Translations under genes and position numbers: made by a program | The notes under the pieces: model-generated | Databases searched by the model: none | What the model was told of the DNA's origin: nothing | The model's input: the letters and a program-made list of their open reading frames with translations, nothing else | Assembly (NCBI GenBank): GCA_036785375.1 | Contig: JAWMAR010000053.1 | Coordinates: 6,386,001-6,450,000 of the forward strand | Direction: 5' to 3' | DNA: 64,000 bases | Origin: Leucoraja ocellata | Taxonomy: Eukaryota | In this document: piece by piece, positions 13,561 through 26,885 of the stretch | How positions within the stretch are numbered: position 1 is the first letter of the stretch | How the letters are laid out: every line of letters begins with the position of its first letter

Positions 13561-13857
13561 GGAAACACTCCCTTTATTTATGTCTGTTTTAAAAAAAATC
13601 TAAACTGAACTTTTTTGTTGGTTATTACGGGTTTTACAGAGTACAATGTTTACATGATCTGATCCCTCAAGTAAGAATTTCATTGTTCCGTTTTGGGACA
13701 TATGACAATAAAACACTCTTGGTTCTTGGTGCTGGTGGTGTTTTGGGTCACAAATAATATTTGTGGTTGTAGTAAGCTGGACTTAACATAATAGGCTGTT
13801 TCTCATTAACGTTTACATTTCCATAAGCTGTGGCCATCATGCCTGCCTCGGAGATTT

Positions 13858-14055
13858 TTTTTAGAGATACAGCTGGAAACAGCCCTTCAGCCCACAGTCC
13901 ATGCTGACCATTGATCGCCTGTTCACAATTGCTCTATGTTAACCCACCTTCACGTGTACTCTCGACACACCAGGGGCAATTTTACACAGGTCAATGAACC
14001 TCCAACCCACCACTTTTTGGGGATGTGGGAGGAGACCCAGGCGGACATGGGGAGA
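13858..14055 (-). mobile_element. V-SINE (HE1-like), partial
   Basis: Reverse-complement tail tttagagatacagc..ggaaacagccc and V-domain ggatgtgggagga. Confidence 0.65.
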
Positions 14056-15837
14056 ATGTTTATTTATGGAGCATCCAAACAAATGTATTGCACAACACAC
14101 TTCTGGTGCAGACCTGGAAATGCAAACCTCAAACCTGTTCTTGGTTCTTCTTGGTTTCTTGGTCCTCCAAAATATTCCAAATGGAATTTTAACTGGAGGT
14201 GGTGAAGGGAGGGCTTAAGCCAGAAAGGGTTATTGGGTACTGTAATGCTTGAAAAATAAGCTCTGATGAAATTTCAATTGCTGTGATTCCTTGTATGTTT
14301 ACAGTAAAGCAGCAACTCAACTTAGCTTCATTACGGTGGGAAAGCAAATCATATTCCCAATTTAAATTCATAAACTAATACTTTTATGTTTCTCTCCATA
14401 TTGTGCAGCAGATATCTGTATAGTTGATAACAAGTAGGCTCTTTCTAGTATTTACTCAACGTGCAAGAAATACCTTTTTCTTAATGTTTTGCAGTTACAA
14501 TCGAGCTGAGAAGAAAGCAATCCTTCTGAAAAGGACGGGAAAGGTACTTAGCACTGAAAGTGTTTTCATCTGCACAAAGCTTCTCCATTTAGTTTAAAAA
14601 AAGGCTGATGCTCATAGAAAAGATATTGACTTCTCACGTCATGTATTGATGTTAGGAAAGCACATTACAAGTCAGCTTGGTGAAGCCCTTTAATTGCAGC
14701 AGCCAATTTCCAGTGACTTACACAGAGGAAGGGCAGTAAAAGGCTTTCTGTGCAAACCAGTAAAAGCATCTGAATATATAAAAATCCAAATTATCAGCAA
14801 AATCCATACGGTGTACTCATGTAGGAAACAATTATCGATAAGAATAATTTATGCACTTAATTGCATTTCATAAAAAGCCTTCTTAATTTATAAAAGCATT
14901 TGTATCCGTTTTACCGTGTGCTCTGATTCCTGCATCCTGACCAGAATGATACAAGGTCATCCTCTGGTGTGTTTTAGCTAGCAATCCTACTAATTACTTC
15001 CATTTTATTACCACATCTGACCACACCTAACTACTATTTAGGTTGGTGTATTATGTCAAGCTTTTACTGACAAGACAGCAGCCATTTTCTTCACTGACCT
15101 CTGATCTTGGATATAAACTGAGTTGGAATAAATGTGAATTGTCAGTTTCCCACATTGTTTTGGAACTCAATTTAGTGACATTGTGATAATTCTAAAGGAA
15201 ACCTATAATATGTTTCTCTATTGCAATAAAACTGTCAGTAATATTTAATTTTTTTTCATTGCTTCCATTTATTTGAATTGGGTCTTTTGCATTTGTGAAA
15301 GGTATTAAAGTGAAGATTGAAATTGTACCTAATATCTAGATTGAGGTTCTATGGAATATATTTCGTACCTTCCATGACCTTGGAAATCACTGAGGTGAGA
15401 AAAGGGAATGTGGGAGAGAGCTGGAAATGTTTTTTTAAATGGAGGTGATCAGGCTTACATTTTGAATTGAGTCTGACCCATAATTAGAGGAGAACTCTGC
15501 CCAAATGTCAACAGCCAAATTAGACTGCTGTAAATATCCAAAAACCTGTTTGTCCCACTCGAGTTATCTCAAAGATCTGGTTGCTTTGTTGCTCCTTAAT
15601 CCAGAAAATGAACTCTCATAACCATAAATCTTTTTTCACAACCTTCTCCTTACATTAAAGTAATTAGAATAGTTCTCAGAGTTTTTAGCACTTCATTGAA
15701 CTTTCTGCAGTTGCTTAGCACTACTTCTCTCCTGGTCATTTCTGTCCCTCAGGCAATTCCATGCAGTATTTTGTTAAGTCTTCACGAACCCAACTATTTT
15801 TGTGCTTCGTATATCTCCAGATCCCCTGTTCTGCTAA

Positions 15838-16037
15838 TGTTTAAGAAAGAACTGCAGATGCTGGAAAAATCGAAGGTAAACAAAAATGCTGGGGAAACTC
15901 AGCGGGTGAGGCAGCATCTATGGAGAGACTGAATAGGCGACGTTTCGTGTTGGGTCTGAGGAAGGGTCTTGACCTGAAACGTCGCCTATTCCTTCTCTCC
16001 ATGGATGCTGCCTCACTCACCAGTATTTTTGTCTACC
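15838..16037. mobile_element. Penelope-like terminal-repeat fragment
   Basis: aagaaagaactgcagatgctgg...ctgaggaagggtcttgacctgaaacgtc; same family at about 17135-17215, 18005-18180, 26940-27035, 33390-33510. Confidence 0.65.
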
Positions 16038-16414
16038 CTGTTCTGTTAATATCACTGCATTATTTTCCAGAACTATATTCTCTGACCAAACTGTATCATG
16101 CATACTTACATTAAAATAGATTTTCCAATTGGATCCCAATCTGCAAATGTATTCATATTTTCCTGCATTTTGTCAGTCATCTTTTGCATTAACTGCATTC
16201 CCTAAATTGGTGTCACCAGTAAATTTTGATATGTACGTAGTTTTTGAATTCATCGCGCTTATCCAATGGTTTGATGGTTTCTTTAATGTCCCATGTACGG
16301 AGATAGATGATGATGATACTTAATGCCACGTACCTAGGTACAGTGAAAATTTGTGTTTCTGCATACACAGTACACAGAGTCGCCACAAAGGCACCACCAA
16401 ATTTACAAAAAGTG

Positions 16415-16770
16415 CTCATAAGGTCATAAGGATAGGAGCAGAATTAGGCCATTTGGCCCATCAAGTATACTCCGCCATTCAACCATGGCTGGTCTATCTC
16501 TCACTCCAAACCCCATTCTTCTGCCTTCTCCCCATAACCCCTGACACCCGTACTAATCAAGAATCTATCTATCTCTGCCTTAAAAATATCCATTGACCTG
16601 GCCTCCGCAGCCTTCTGTGGCAAAGAATTCCGCAGTCACCTCCCTCTGGCTAAATACATTTCTTCTCATCTCCTTCCTTCATCCTTTACTTTTGAGCCAA
16701 TGACCTCTAGTCCTAGACTCTCGCACTAGTGGAAACATCCTCTCTACATCCACTCTATCCAAGCCTTTCA
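16415..16770 (-). mobile_element. CR1-type LINE 3' fragment
   Basis: Reverse strand MKGLDRVDVERMFPLVRESRTRGH motif; similar 3' ends at about 23435-23665 and 33520-33710. Confidence 0.75.
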
Positions 16771-19700
16771 TCCCTCCGCCACCATGCTGGGTCCCCCTTT
16801 TTTCTCGATAGCATGGCCCATCCACCTTGGCCCGACTCCGACCTCGTGGCTCCAAACTCGGCCCAACTCCCTCCGACCTCGACCCGAGTGAAATGCTTGT
16901 GTGCAAGTTATTCATCAAATCATGCAATATATTAATACAGTATTAATACAACAGTTTCCAATAACAGGATCAATTCTCTGAATTGATCCTATATTACCAC
17001 TTAGCTTTTTAATATCTACACACTAAACCTGATCTTCCACCGACTTGAGTTTGTGATCCTTAAGATTCACAACTTTAGCTGTGTTATTCTGGAAGGACAT
17101 TGTAGTAACCAGCAATCCCAAAGTAGAAGAATAAATAAAGACACACAGTACTGGAGTAAAATGGCAGGTCAGGCAGCATCCCTGGAGAACATGGATAGGT
17201 GACGTTTCAGGTTTCTACAGAGTCATAAAAAAGGTTATTTAAGACATTCCACTATCATTCGTCTTGGCAAGTCCAAGAAAATCCATGAGTGAGTCCTTAT
17301 TATTTCTTTCAGTCATGCACAGTGCAAGGAGCAGGGAAATTACATCAGAGAAAATAACAAATGTTATCATGTTCCAGTATGATACGAGTTTTATCCATTT
17401 TTATGATATTATTTCAATTGGAACCAGTCCATTTTGACTGTTGCCATAAATCTACTATATTATAGTAGTCACACGTCTGTACTGTTATATTCAATTTGAA
17501 CAATAATTTCCTGTGTGGTATCCGGTGACATTTTTGGCAGCATATTACAACTCATGTTTCATACAGATTCTAGAAATAATCACAGTTTTATTAACTGAGC
17601 AAATCTCTCCTCCTTTGATCATCTAAACATGGCCAGATCATCTCAGCAATGGAGATGCATACTCTGCCCATTGCAACCCAAGAATCTAGGGCTCTTCTTC
17701 TTTCACAATACTGTGGTGACTGTTGGTAACACCATCAAAGGCAGAGAGTAATTTTCACGTTCTTTACAATACCCATCTGTACCTCTGCACCCATTTTATT
17801 TCTCCCATTGTTTTTCTAACATTCCAACTTGAACAAGTAACAATTTCATCTAGTTGAAGACTAGAGAATGTCATTACCTTGCCTGCTCTGTAGGGATAAC
17901 ATGCTCCTTTAGCTAACAATGTACAAACCTTTAATGTTCATTTCCTCTCCAATGTAACTTCCATCATAAACATCACCTGTAACAATGGAGTCTCCAATTT
18001 TACCTGTGTAGGAAGGAACTGCAGATGCTGCTTTACACTGAAGATAGACACAAAATACCAGCATAACTCAGCAGGTCAAGCAGCATTTCTGCATGAAGGG
18101 TCTCAACTCAAAACATCACCTATTCCTTTTCTCCAGAGATGTTGCCAGACTCACCGAGTTACTCCACATTGTGTCTATCTCCAATCTCTCCTTGGGTGTG
18201 TTCCATTTGTAGGTGAACAGAATGAAAATATTTCCTGTGCCAAATCTGCTCAAGTTTCAATGTGGCATTATCACTTGCATGCCTTCAGATGTAGACACAA
18301 TGAACTGCAGATGCTGGTTTACAAAAAAATAGAAATAAATTGTTGGAGTTCAGTCACTCTAGTACTTTGAGTCTTTTATTTGCCTTCATACGAGCTGTAA
18401 CTGTGAAACACTGCTTCTCAGTATAGAAGACCCAGTGGGCAAAAATCTTGGTCATAACTGCTGCTGCCATTCATGTTTTCTGGACTTCTATTTTCAGGAT
18501 TCAGTGCAATTCATTAAATGAATCTTTTGAAATGTGTTGGATTTAGAGTGTATCTGACTAAAACAGAGAAGAAAGTTATTTCTGGAAAAAAAAAATGTTA
18601 ATAAATAATGATTACAAACTTGCAAATGTGAAGGTTTGTAAAATGAAATTGTGTTAAATTCTAGTCGGCGAGTGAGCATAATGTTCCAGTTTTACCAATC
18701 GGTTCGTCAAATGAAGATGTCAGATGTTCAGTGCACTGATTTAGGACCCAAAAGAATGACAGGAAGCAAGGAAATGAAGTAAATGATGCCAGTCTTTCAG
18801 GAGCTGCAGAGACAGGAACTTAACCGTTTGCCTCATTCTATAACCCTCTGTTTCCCATTGCACAGCCTTTCTGTAGCGGCTGTCTTTACAAGAAAGATGC
18901 TTTGTTTAGAGTTTGAGCTAACCTACATGCTTTTTACTTGAGCTGGATGACAGATCCTCAGGAAAAAAACCCATTTGTGTCTAAAGGGATGTTATCACCG
19001 CCCTAATTTTTTTTTTAAACCTCGTGCTGTTGAATCACAGCTTGCCTGCACCTGTGACAATGGACCACTGCGCTCAAAATAGTAATAAAAATAAATTGAT
19101 TTCTATGAGTGATTAAATGATATATGGATTAATGGGCAGGAAATGAGCTATTATCACAGCCTCAAAGCTGTATTGCTTTTTAATGGTCTCGGAGTTCTTA
19201 GTACATTTTACTTGAACTTGGAAATCAAAGAGGTGCTTCTGTAGCTAAACATTAATGCAGTAGTAAAAGGCATGACTACGCCCCTTAGTGACACCTTCAT
19301 GTTAATAACCACTGTGGTCTCAGAGTCATAAAACAGGCAACATAAATCAATTCCATATTCTGCTCCACTTACAAGTCACGGATCTTCTTTGCGAAATCTT
19401 GCGGGTTTTTTTTTCACAAAGAAAAAACAGAAATAATCAAACTTTTAAAAACCATTCAATTTCCAAAATTCAGTTCTGTGACTGAAAATTAGAGGCTTGT
19501 ACAAAGCAGAATATAACTGGATGACACATTTATGTACCAATCACCGACATAAAAACACACAACAGACCCCACAGTTTAATGCTTCGTGTTTTATGACTTT
19601 AATGTTCTTAATTAAATTCAGTAATGCTTAAGGAGTGACATAATGCAATAGACATATGAAAAAAGTGCCACAATTGTTCTTATATTTTGCTTCTAGCTGC

Positions 19701-20779
19701 ATTAAAGTAACCAAATGTATGTCACTTGCCTGCATCCTTCAACTTTACACTGTTTAAATAATTAATTGGAAGTTATAAAATCTCTTCAATTCTTTTAACC
19801 TCTCATTTTTTCCAACTGTATTTTGTAAGTGAATGAGCTGCATGATATGATATTAATCAGCCTTCTACAGTAATATGTATGTCGACTCAAACATGTCTTT
19901 GCGATCAATTTTCCCCGTTAGTGCCTGATGGTTTACTTACTGCTTAGAGCTCTATACCATAGGTGTGTAGGCTATTGAATTGGCCAGAAAACATACGATT
20001 CAATAAATTACATCCCTGATGTCTGGTAAGAAGATCTTATCAGAATGTAGTTGAGCTATGTCTTACAAAACAAATTAGTTTTACAGATCCATTGCATTTG
20101 CATAAACCTGTACTCTAATTATGAGGTAGAAATTTTTCAGGCAGAAATGACATAATTGATAAAAATTAAAACACCGACAAAAAGGGTATGTAGAATAAAC
20201 AATGGCATGAACTTTTGAGTTTAGTTTATTGCCACGTGTAGCGACATACTGTGAAAAGCTTTTGTTGCGTTCTAACCAGTCACCGGAAAGACAATACATG
20301 ATTACAATTGAGCTATCCAAAGTGCACAGATACATGATAAGGGGGATAATGTGACTAATGTTTAGTTGTAGATTAAGCCCAAATAAAGTCTGATTGAAGA
20401 TAGTCTGAGGGTCACCATCGGGGTAGGTAGTAGCTCAGGACTGCTCTCTAGTTGTTGGTAGGGTGGTTCAGTTGCCTTACAAAGAAGTTACCAGAGTGTT
20501 ATAGAGAGATACGGCATTAATACAAGCCCTGTGGCTGACTGAGCCAGTATCACGTATTTGGACTGATACTACCCAAATGCATTTTATTCTAACCCTATTC
20601 CCATCAACTCCTCCTCAAATTCTATGACTCATCTATACACGGCTGTGGTGACTTACTCTAACATTTTTGTTTGGCTAAAAGTTTGGAGATTTTACCCAAC
20701 ACTTGCGAAGGAACAGCAAATCGGATCAGTGTGTGACTTGCTGGTAAAGTTGTAGGTGATGATATTCTCAAAAAGCTTA

Positions 20780-21000
20780 GCTTAGTTTAGAGATACAGCA
20801 TACAAATTGTTCCTTTGGCCCACCGAGTCCATACTGTACATCAATCGCCCGTTCACACTAGTCCTATGTTGTCCCACTTTCTCATCCACTCCTTACACAC
20901 TCAGGGCAATTTACAGAGGCCAATTAATCTATAAGCTCGTACGTCTTTGAGATGTTAGAGGAAACAGGAGCACTCAGAGAAAAACCACATGGTTACAGCA
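20780..21000 (-). mobile_element. V-SINE (HE1-like)
   Basis: (ttagc/ttagt)n tail, gagatacagc, V-domain remnant. Confidence 0.7.
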
Positions 21001-21189
21001 AACTGTTCTTATGGAAACCTTGACATGACTGTAGTGTACAGTATTTTGTATAAGATACACACTGTGGCCACCATGCATGGGTGATGAAAGGAGAGAAAGT
21101 TTAAGACAATGGATTAAGTGGCAACAAGCAGGCTGCCTAGTTCCTTGTTGGGTTGGAGCTTCTGTTTTCCTGGCAAAAGAGCTGAACTG

Positions 21190-21990
21190 CGTTACTCAGA
21201 GGAGGCAGGAGTGAGGGATCCATCTACAAACCTCAGCAAAATGAAAGTTGGTTGTTGACTCAATGATGTAAGGGGGTGAACACTACCCTGTCCTTTTTCA
21301 GGGTTGCTGTACAGATAGATGAAAGCTTCAAGTTCCTCAGCATTCATATCATCAGCAACTAATCCTGGTCCCTTCACAGTGATGTGGTGATCAATAATAT
21401 ACATTAGCATATGAATTTTCTTTGGTGATTGAGAAGATTTGACATGTCCACAAAGATTTTCTTGGAACATCTACAGATGTACTGCAGAAAGTATTCTGTT
21501 GTGATGCATCTTTTCATGGTGTGGCAATTGGCCTGCTATTGGCCTCCTGAACCTGCGGTGAACACAGCACAGTTTATCCAAGTTTGTCATTCTCTTCCAA
21601 CCAGTCTATCTTCATCAGAGGCTGGTAGTATCATCAAGGAAGCCTGCTACACTGGCCATTCCCTTGCCTCCCTTCTACCTTCTGAGAGAAGATACAGGAG
21701 CCTTAAAGTTCTGATGTCCAGACTTAAGAACAGATTATTCTCTTTCACACCCCCTTCCCAGAGCAGCTACTCCATACTCATACTCTTAACTCTCACCTAT
21801 GTGGTTATTTTGTTATCGTACATTCATATTTTTTGCAATGCTTGAATTTTACAATGCAAACTTACACCATACTGCTGTTTATATTGTATGTACCATTAGT
21901 GTATGTATACAGTTTCCTCTAAGCTTCATGTGAACAAGACATTTATTTGTACCCTTGTGTATATGATGGCAAACTAATCAGAATCAAGAT
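21190..21990 (+). mobile_element. Rex1-like LINE 3' region, decayed
   Basis: LRRF...LLPSERRYRSLK...SRLKN motifs in ORF 21429-21845; related piece at about 27480-27720. Confidence 0.7.
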
Positions 21991-22309
21991 TACTGGATTA
22001 TTCCTGTTACATGCACCTTTCATTTCTTTACTACATTGTTCCCTGACCATTACTATAATATACACTTCCCACCAAAGTGTTCTGTTCCCTGCTGCTTTTC
22101 ATCTCAACTCAATCCATTTCTAATTGATAATCTGCGGAGCCAAATTCCTTTCGAACTGATGTAATTCCTCATTACCAGTGCCACCCCACTTCCTTTTCTC
22201 TTTCGCCCATCCTTGCTAAATGTCAAGCACACTAGACTGTTTAGTTCCCTGCTTTGGCCTTCCTGCAGTCATATTTCTGTAATGGCAATCTATTCCGAAT
22301 CTTTGATGA

Positions 22310-22505
22310 AGATTCGACCGGAAGGTAGCCGGTTCGAATCCCGCTTGGAGTGCATACTGTCGTTGTGTCCTTGGGGCAAGACACTTCACCCACCTTTGCC
22401 TGTGTGTAAATGTAATGTAATTATGTGAAGCACTTTGGAGTCAATGCAAGTTGACTAAAAATGTGCTATATAAATAAGATTATTATTATTATTATTATTA
22501 TTATA
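22310..22505 (+). mobile_element. tRNA-derived SINE with L2-like (TAT)n tail
   Basis: B-box GGTTCGAATCC at about 22331-22341, core tgtgtccttgggcaagacactt, end aaatgtgctatataaataaga(tta)n. Confidence 0.7.
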
Positions 22506-23139
22506 AGTTGTTAAATTAACGTTTGGTTTTCCATTTAATTGGAATAGTCATTTGTGTGGTATCTTGATTGAGGCTTTATTGAAGGATACAGCATGGAAAC
22601 AGGCCCTTCGGCCCATCAAGGTCATGCTGTCGATCGATTACCGGTTCATGCTCATTCATAAGTTCATAAGTGACAGGAGCAGAATTTGGCCTGAATGTTT
22701 TATTATACCCCAAGGGTAAGAATTCATTTCAGGCATTTCCTCACTGAAAGTGAGTGCTCAATATTCTGGAAGATCCTCTTGTTGTCCAGTCTCTGACTCT
22801 ACTTCCCTCCCACCCCCTCCCCTCCCCACCTCTCAACCTGACTCTATTTGTGCACCATTCTGTTGTTTTGCACTTATTTGTGCAATCATTGTTGCATTTA
22901 TCATCACTGTATGTGTACTCTTTATTCTGTGGGCTTCACGTGAACAGGGCATTTCATTGCACCCTGGTGTATGACAATAAACTAATCTGAATCGCAAATT
23001 AAGAATCTGAATTTAAATCTGCCTCTCGTTCTACTCTTATTATACTCGTTTGATTTCTGTCTCTCACTATCACAATCTCCTGACACCACCACTATCCCAC
23101 CTGGTTGCATTCGCCCATCCTCACCTGATTCAACCTGAT

Positions 23140-23395
23140 TTTAAGGAGAGAGGGGAAAGATTTACTAGGAACCTGAGGGGAAAATGTTTCACACAGAGAG
23201 TGGTGGGTATATGGAAGGAACCAAGGTAGGTAGTTGAGGTAAATAATATAACAACATTTAAAAGCCATTTGGATAGGTACATGGAAAGGTTTAGGGGGAA
23301 ATGGGCCAAATGTGGGCAGGTGGGACGAGTGTAGATGAGGCATCTTGGTCAGCATGGGCAAGTTGGGCCTGTTTCCGTGCTCTATTACTCTATGA
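23140..23395 (+). mobile_element. CR1-type LINE 3' fragment
   Basis: Same 3' sequence as 8465-8900; further copies at about 29945-30215 and 31790-31935. Confidence 0.75.
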
Positions 23396-24047
23396 CACGC
23401 ATCACCTGCCAGCCCTGCCTCACCCCTCCATCATTCCATGATTCATAAATAATGCGAGCAGAAGTAGGCCATTCAGCCCATCATGTCTACTCTGCCATTC
23501 AAACATAGCTGATCTATCTTTCCCTCTCAACCCCATTCTCATGCCTTTTCCCCATAACCCCTGACACCCTTACTAATGTAGAATCTGTCAATCTCCGCCT
23601 TTAAAATATCTACTGATTTGGTCTCCACACCCGTCTGTAACAATGAATTTCACAGATTCGCCATCACATTATACTGGCTATCTCCCCTCTATACACGCAG
23701 TCCTGATAGTGGGATCGTAACCTGAAATGTCGACTATCCCTTCGCCTCCGCACCAAGATCCTTTGTCTACTTGTGCCTCCTTGTTGGCTTTCTGCCCAAA
23801 TAAAAGGAAATGGGCTTGATTCTTCTTGAGTTGAGAGCCTCTAAAACAACTTACAGTAGTGCTATGCTGCAAATTGCAACATGTTACTTATCTGCAAGAC
23901 TCACCTGTAAAGAGCTGGAGGTATAGGAATTCAGCACAATTGTTTCCTCTGGCAAGACAATTCAAGATCAGATGGTATGTTTTGAGTATTAGTGAAAAAG
24001 TCCCTAGAGAAGCTAAACCTCCTTATGTATTGCTCTTTATACAAGCT

Positions 24048-24222
24048 TTAGAGTTTAGAGATACAGAGTGGAAACAGTTCCTTCGGCCCACTGAGTCCAA
24101 GCCGATCAGCAATCACCCCATGCACTAGCACTTTCCTACACACTAGGACCAATTTACAATTTTACCAGAGCCAATTAACATACAAACTTGTATGTCTTTG
24201 GGATGGGGGAGGAAACTGGAGA
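24048..24222 (-). mobile_element. V-SINE (HE1-like), partial
   Basis: tttagagatacagagtggaaacagttccttcggccc tail. Confidence 0.65.
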
Positions 24223-25705
24223 CACAAGATACTGCAGATGCTGGAATCTTGATAAAACACAAAGTACTGGAGCAACCCAGTGGGTCAGGCAGCATCTCTG
24301 GAGGACATGAATAGGCATCGTTTTGTGTCGGGACCCTTCTTCAGACTGATTGTAGTAGGTGAGAGAAACCTGGAAAAGAGGTGGGGGTGGGACAATGCCT
24401 GACAATCCCTCCCCTCCGCTCTCTCCCTCCCTCCCCCACCCTAGTCGTCCTACCAGTTCCACTGTTTGCTTCCTTGTATCCCTCTCATTAGCGCATCTTC
24501 CCCAGCCAACAATGGGCCATTATGGACCCCATCCATCCCGACGTCATGCATTAATGTGTTCAAGAAGGAACTGCAGATGCTGGAAAATCGAAGGTACACA
24601 AAATTGCTGGAGAAACTCAGCGGGTGCAGCAGCATCTAGGAGCGAAGGAAATAGGCAACGTTTCGGGCCGAAACCCTTCTTCAGACTGATGGGGGGTGGG
24701 GGGGGGGGAAGAAGGAAGGAAAAGGGGAGGAGGAGGAGCCCGAGGGCGGGCGGATAGGAGGTGGGAGGAGACAGCTCAAGGGTTAAGGAAGGGGAGGAGA
24801 CAGTAAGGGCTAGCAAAATTGGGAGAATTCAATGTTAATGCCATCCGGACGCAAGGTCCCCAGGCGGAATATGAGGTGCTGTTCCTCCAATTTCCGCGGT
24901 TGCTCACTCTGGCAATGGAGGAGACCCAGGACAGAATTTATGCATTAATGGCCCTGCATTAATGGTCATGCATTAATGGCCCTGATTTGGTTTAGAGATA
25001 CAGTAATGTGTGCGCCCAGCAGTGGGAGGACACGTGGAAAGACAGAGGGAAAGGGGTGTGTGTTACTTAAAATTGGAGAAACCAATGTTCATACAACCCC
25101 CACCCCACACACACACACTTTCACCCACTTTTATCACTTTTGGCTGCTTTCCCTCCAAAGCCTCCAGCTTTTTCGTTCCCCAATCCCGCACGGCCTGGTT
25201 TTATCTTCTCACAAAAATCCATAAACAGAACTGCCCTGGTTGTTTCTGCTTGCTCCTGTCCCACTGAATTAATTCCCACATACCTCAACTCCAACCAATC
25301 CCCCCGGTCCAATCCCTTCCCTACCTATGTCCAAGACACCTCACATTCCCTTCGTTTCTTCAATTACTTCCATTTCCCAGGCACCCACTCCCTCATCTTT
25401 ACTTTGGATGTTCAGTCACTCCATACCTCCATCCTCCACCAGGAAGGCCTTAAAGCCCTCTGTTTCTTCCTCGATCACAGGTTCAGTGTGAAGAAGGGCC
25501 TCGACCCGAAACGTCACCCATTCCTTCTATCCAGAGAAGCTGACTGTCCTGCTGAGTTACTCCTGCATTTTGTGTCTACCCACATGACTCAATATCTGAT
25601 GCTGCCAATCTGATGAAGGGTCTCGACCCGAAATGCCACCTGTTCCTTTTCTCCAAAGATGCTGCCTGACCCGCTGAGTTGCTCCAGCATTTTGTGTCTA
25701 TCTGC
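24222..25705. mobile_element. Cluster of Penelope-like fragments, including a young insertion at 24557-24964
   Basis: RT remnant PTYVQDTSHSL...FTLDVQSLHTSILHQEGLKALCFFLD at 25320-25475; 14-bp TSD GTCATGCATTAATG at 24543-24556 and 24965-24978. Confidence 0.75.
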
Positions 25706-26589
25706 CCATTATGACTCACTAGGCTTTGTTCCGCCTCTGCCTCTGCCTATCCAGCTGAGTTACTTCTGCACTTTGAGGTTTGATTTGCTGTTTAATGTTT
25801 GTTAAAAATAAATTTCAGAGGATTTAATTCTTCTCAAGATCAATCGAAACATGGGTGCGGCTTCTTATTGTATGAGTTTTGCATTGTGACTTGGGTCATC
25901 ATATTCCACAAAGAAAAAATACATCCGTCTCTCTTGTGACTCTAATCAGACAATTAGAGTCTCTTTACATTCCCCCGAGAATAGCCACAGTCACTATCAC
26001 GGAAGGAAAAAGCATTATCTTTTCGCACAACATCAATAAAGTGCAGACAAAGGACTGTGGAACAAAAACTAATGAGTTAACTTATGTTCAAATTAAATAT
26101 CTTACAATTTCAGATAACCAAATATTACATGCTGCAAAATGTCCTGTCATATTTGCCTTACTAAATGCTGTTTAAAAAGCACGTTTTTAAATGCTGTTAA
26201 TGATTGTTATAAACAATTTTTGGCCAATAAAATGAAATATTACAGTGATCATTCGCCACCATAGCTCATCAGCTATGACTTTCTACCCACACAGTGAGTT
26301 CCAAATCTAAGGCAAGCTATTAGAAGGAGATATTGAATAGAGGTGATGTCAAAGCCCTCGGCAATGAGTTATGGCCAGTCATTTACCAAAATGCTTTTGT
26401 GAGATTTTAAATATCCTTTGTGTACTCTCCTTGGGTCCTGTCAGAAACACAATCTAAAATAATTTGGAAACATTGCAGTTCTGCTGCAATTTATTATCTG
26501 TAGATAATTTATTGAAAAAGTACACTGTTCTGGATGAAGTTCAGCCTCCTGTACCTGAGCTGGACCAAGCTGAACTGGAGTTTTGTCCA

Positions 26590-26885
26590 GCGATGCAGCA
26601 TGGAAATAAACCCTTCGGCCCATCGGTTCCAAACCGACCAGCGATCACCTGTTCACACTAGTTCTATGTTATCCTATTTTTGCATCCACTCCCGACACAC
26701 AAGGGGAAATATACAGAGGCCAATTAATCTACAATCTCGCATGTATTTGGGATGTGGGAGGAAACCGGAGCACAAGGAAATATCCCAGGCGGTTATAGGG
26801 AGAACGTGCAAACTCCACACAGACAGAATCCGAGGCCAAGATTGAACCCAGGTTTCTGGCGCTGTGAGGCAGCAGCTCTACCAGT
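26590..26885 (-). mobile_element. V-SINE (HE1-like)
   Basis: V-domain gagaacgtgcaaactccacac and tRNA-like head (B-box GGTTCAATC on - strand). Confidence 0.8.
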
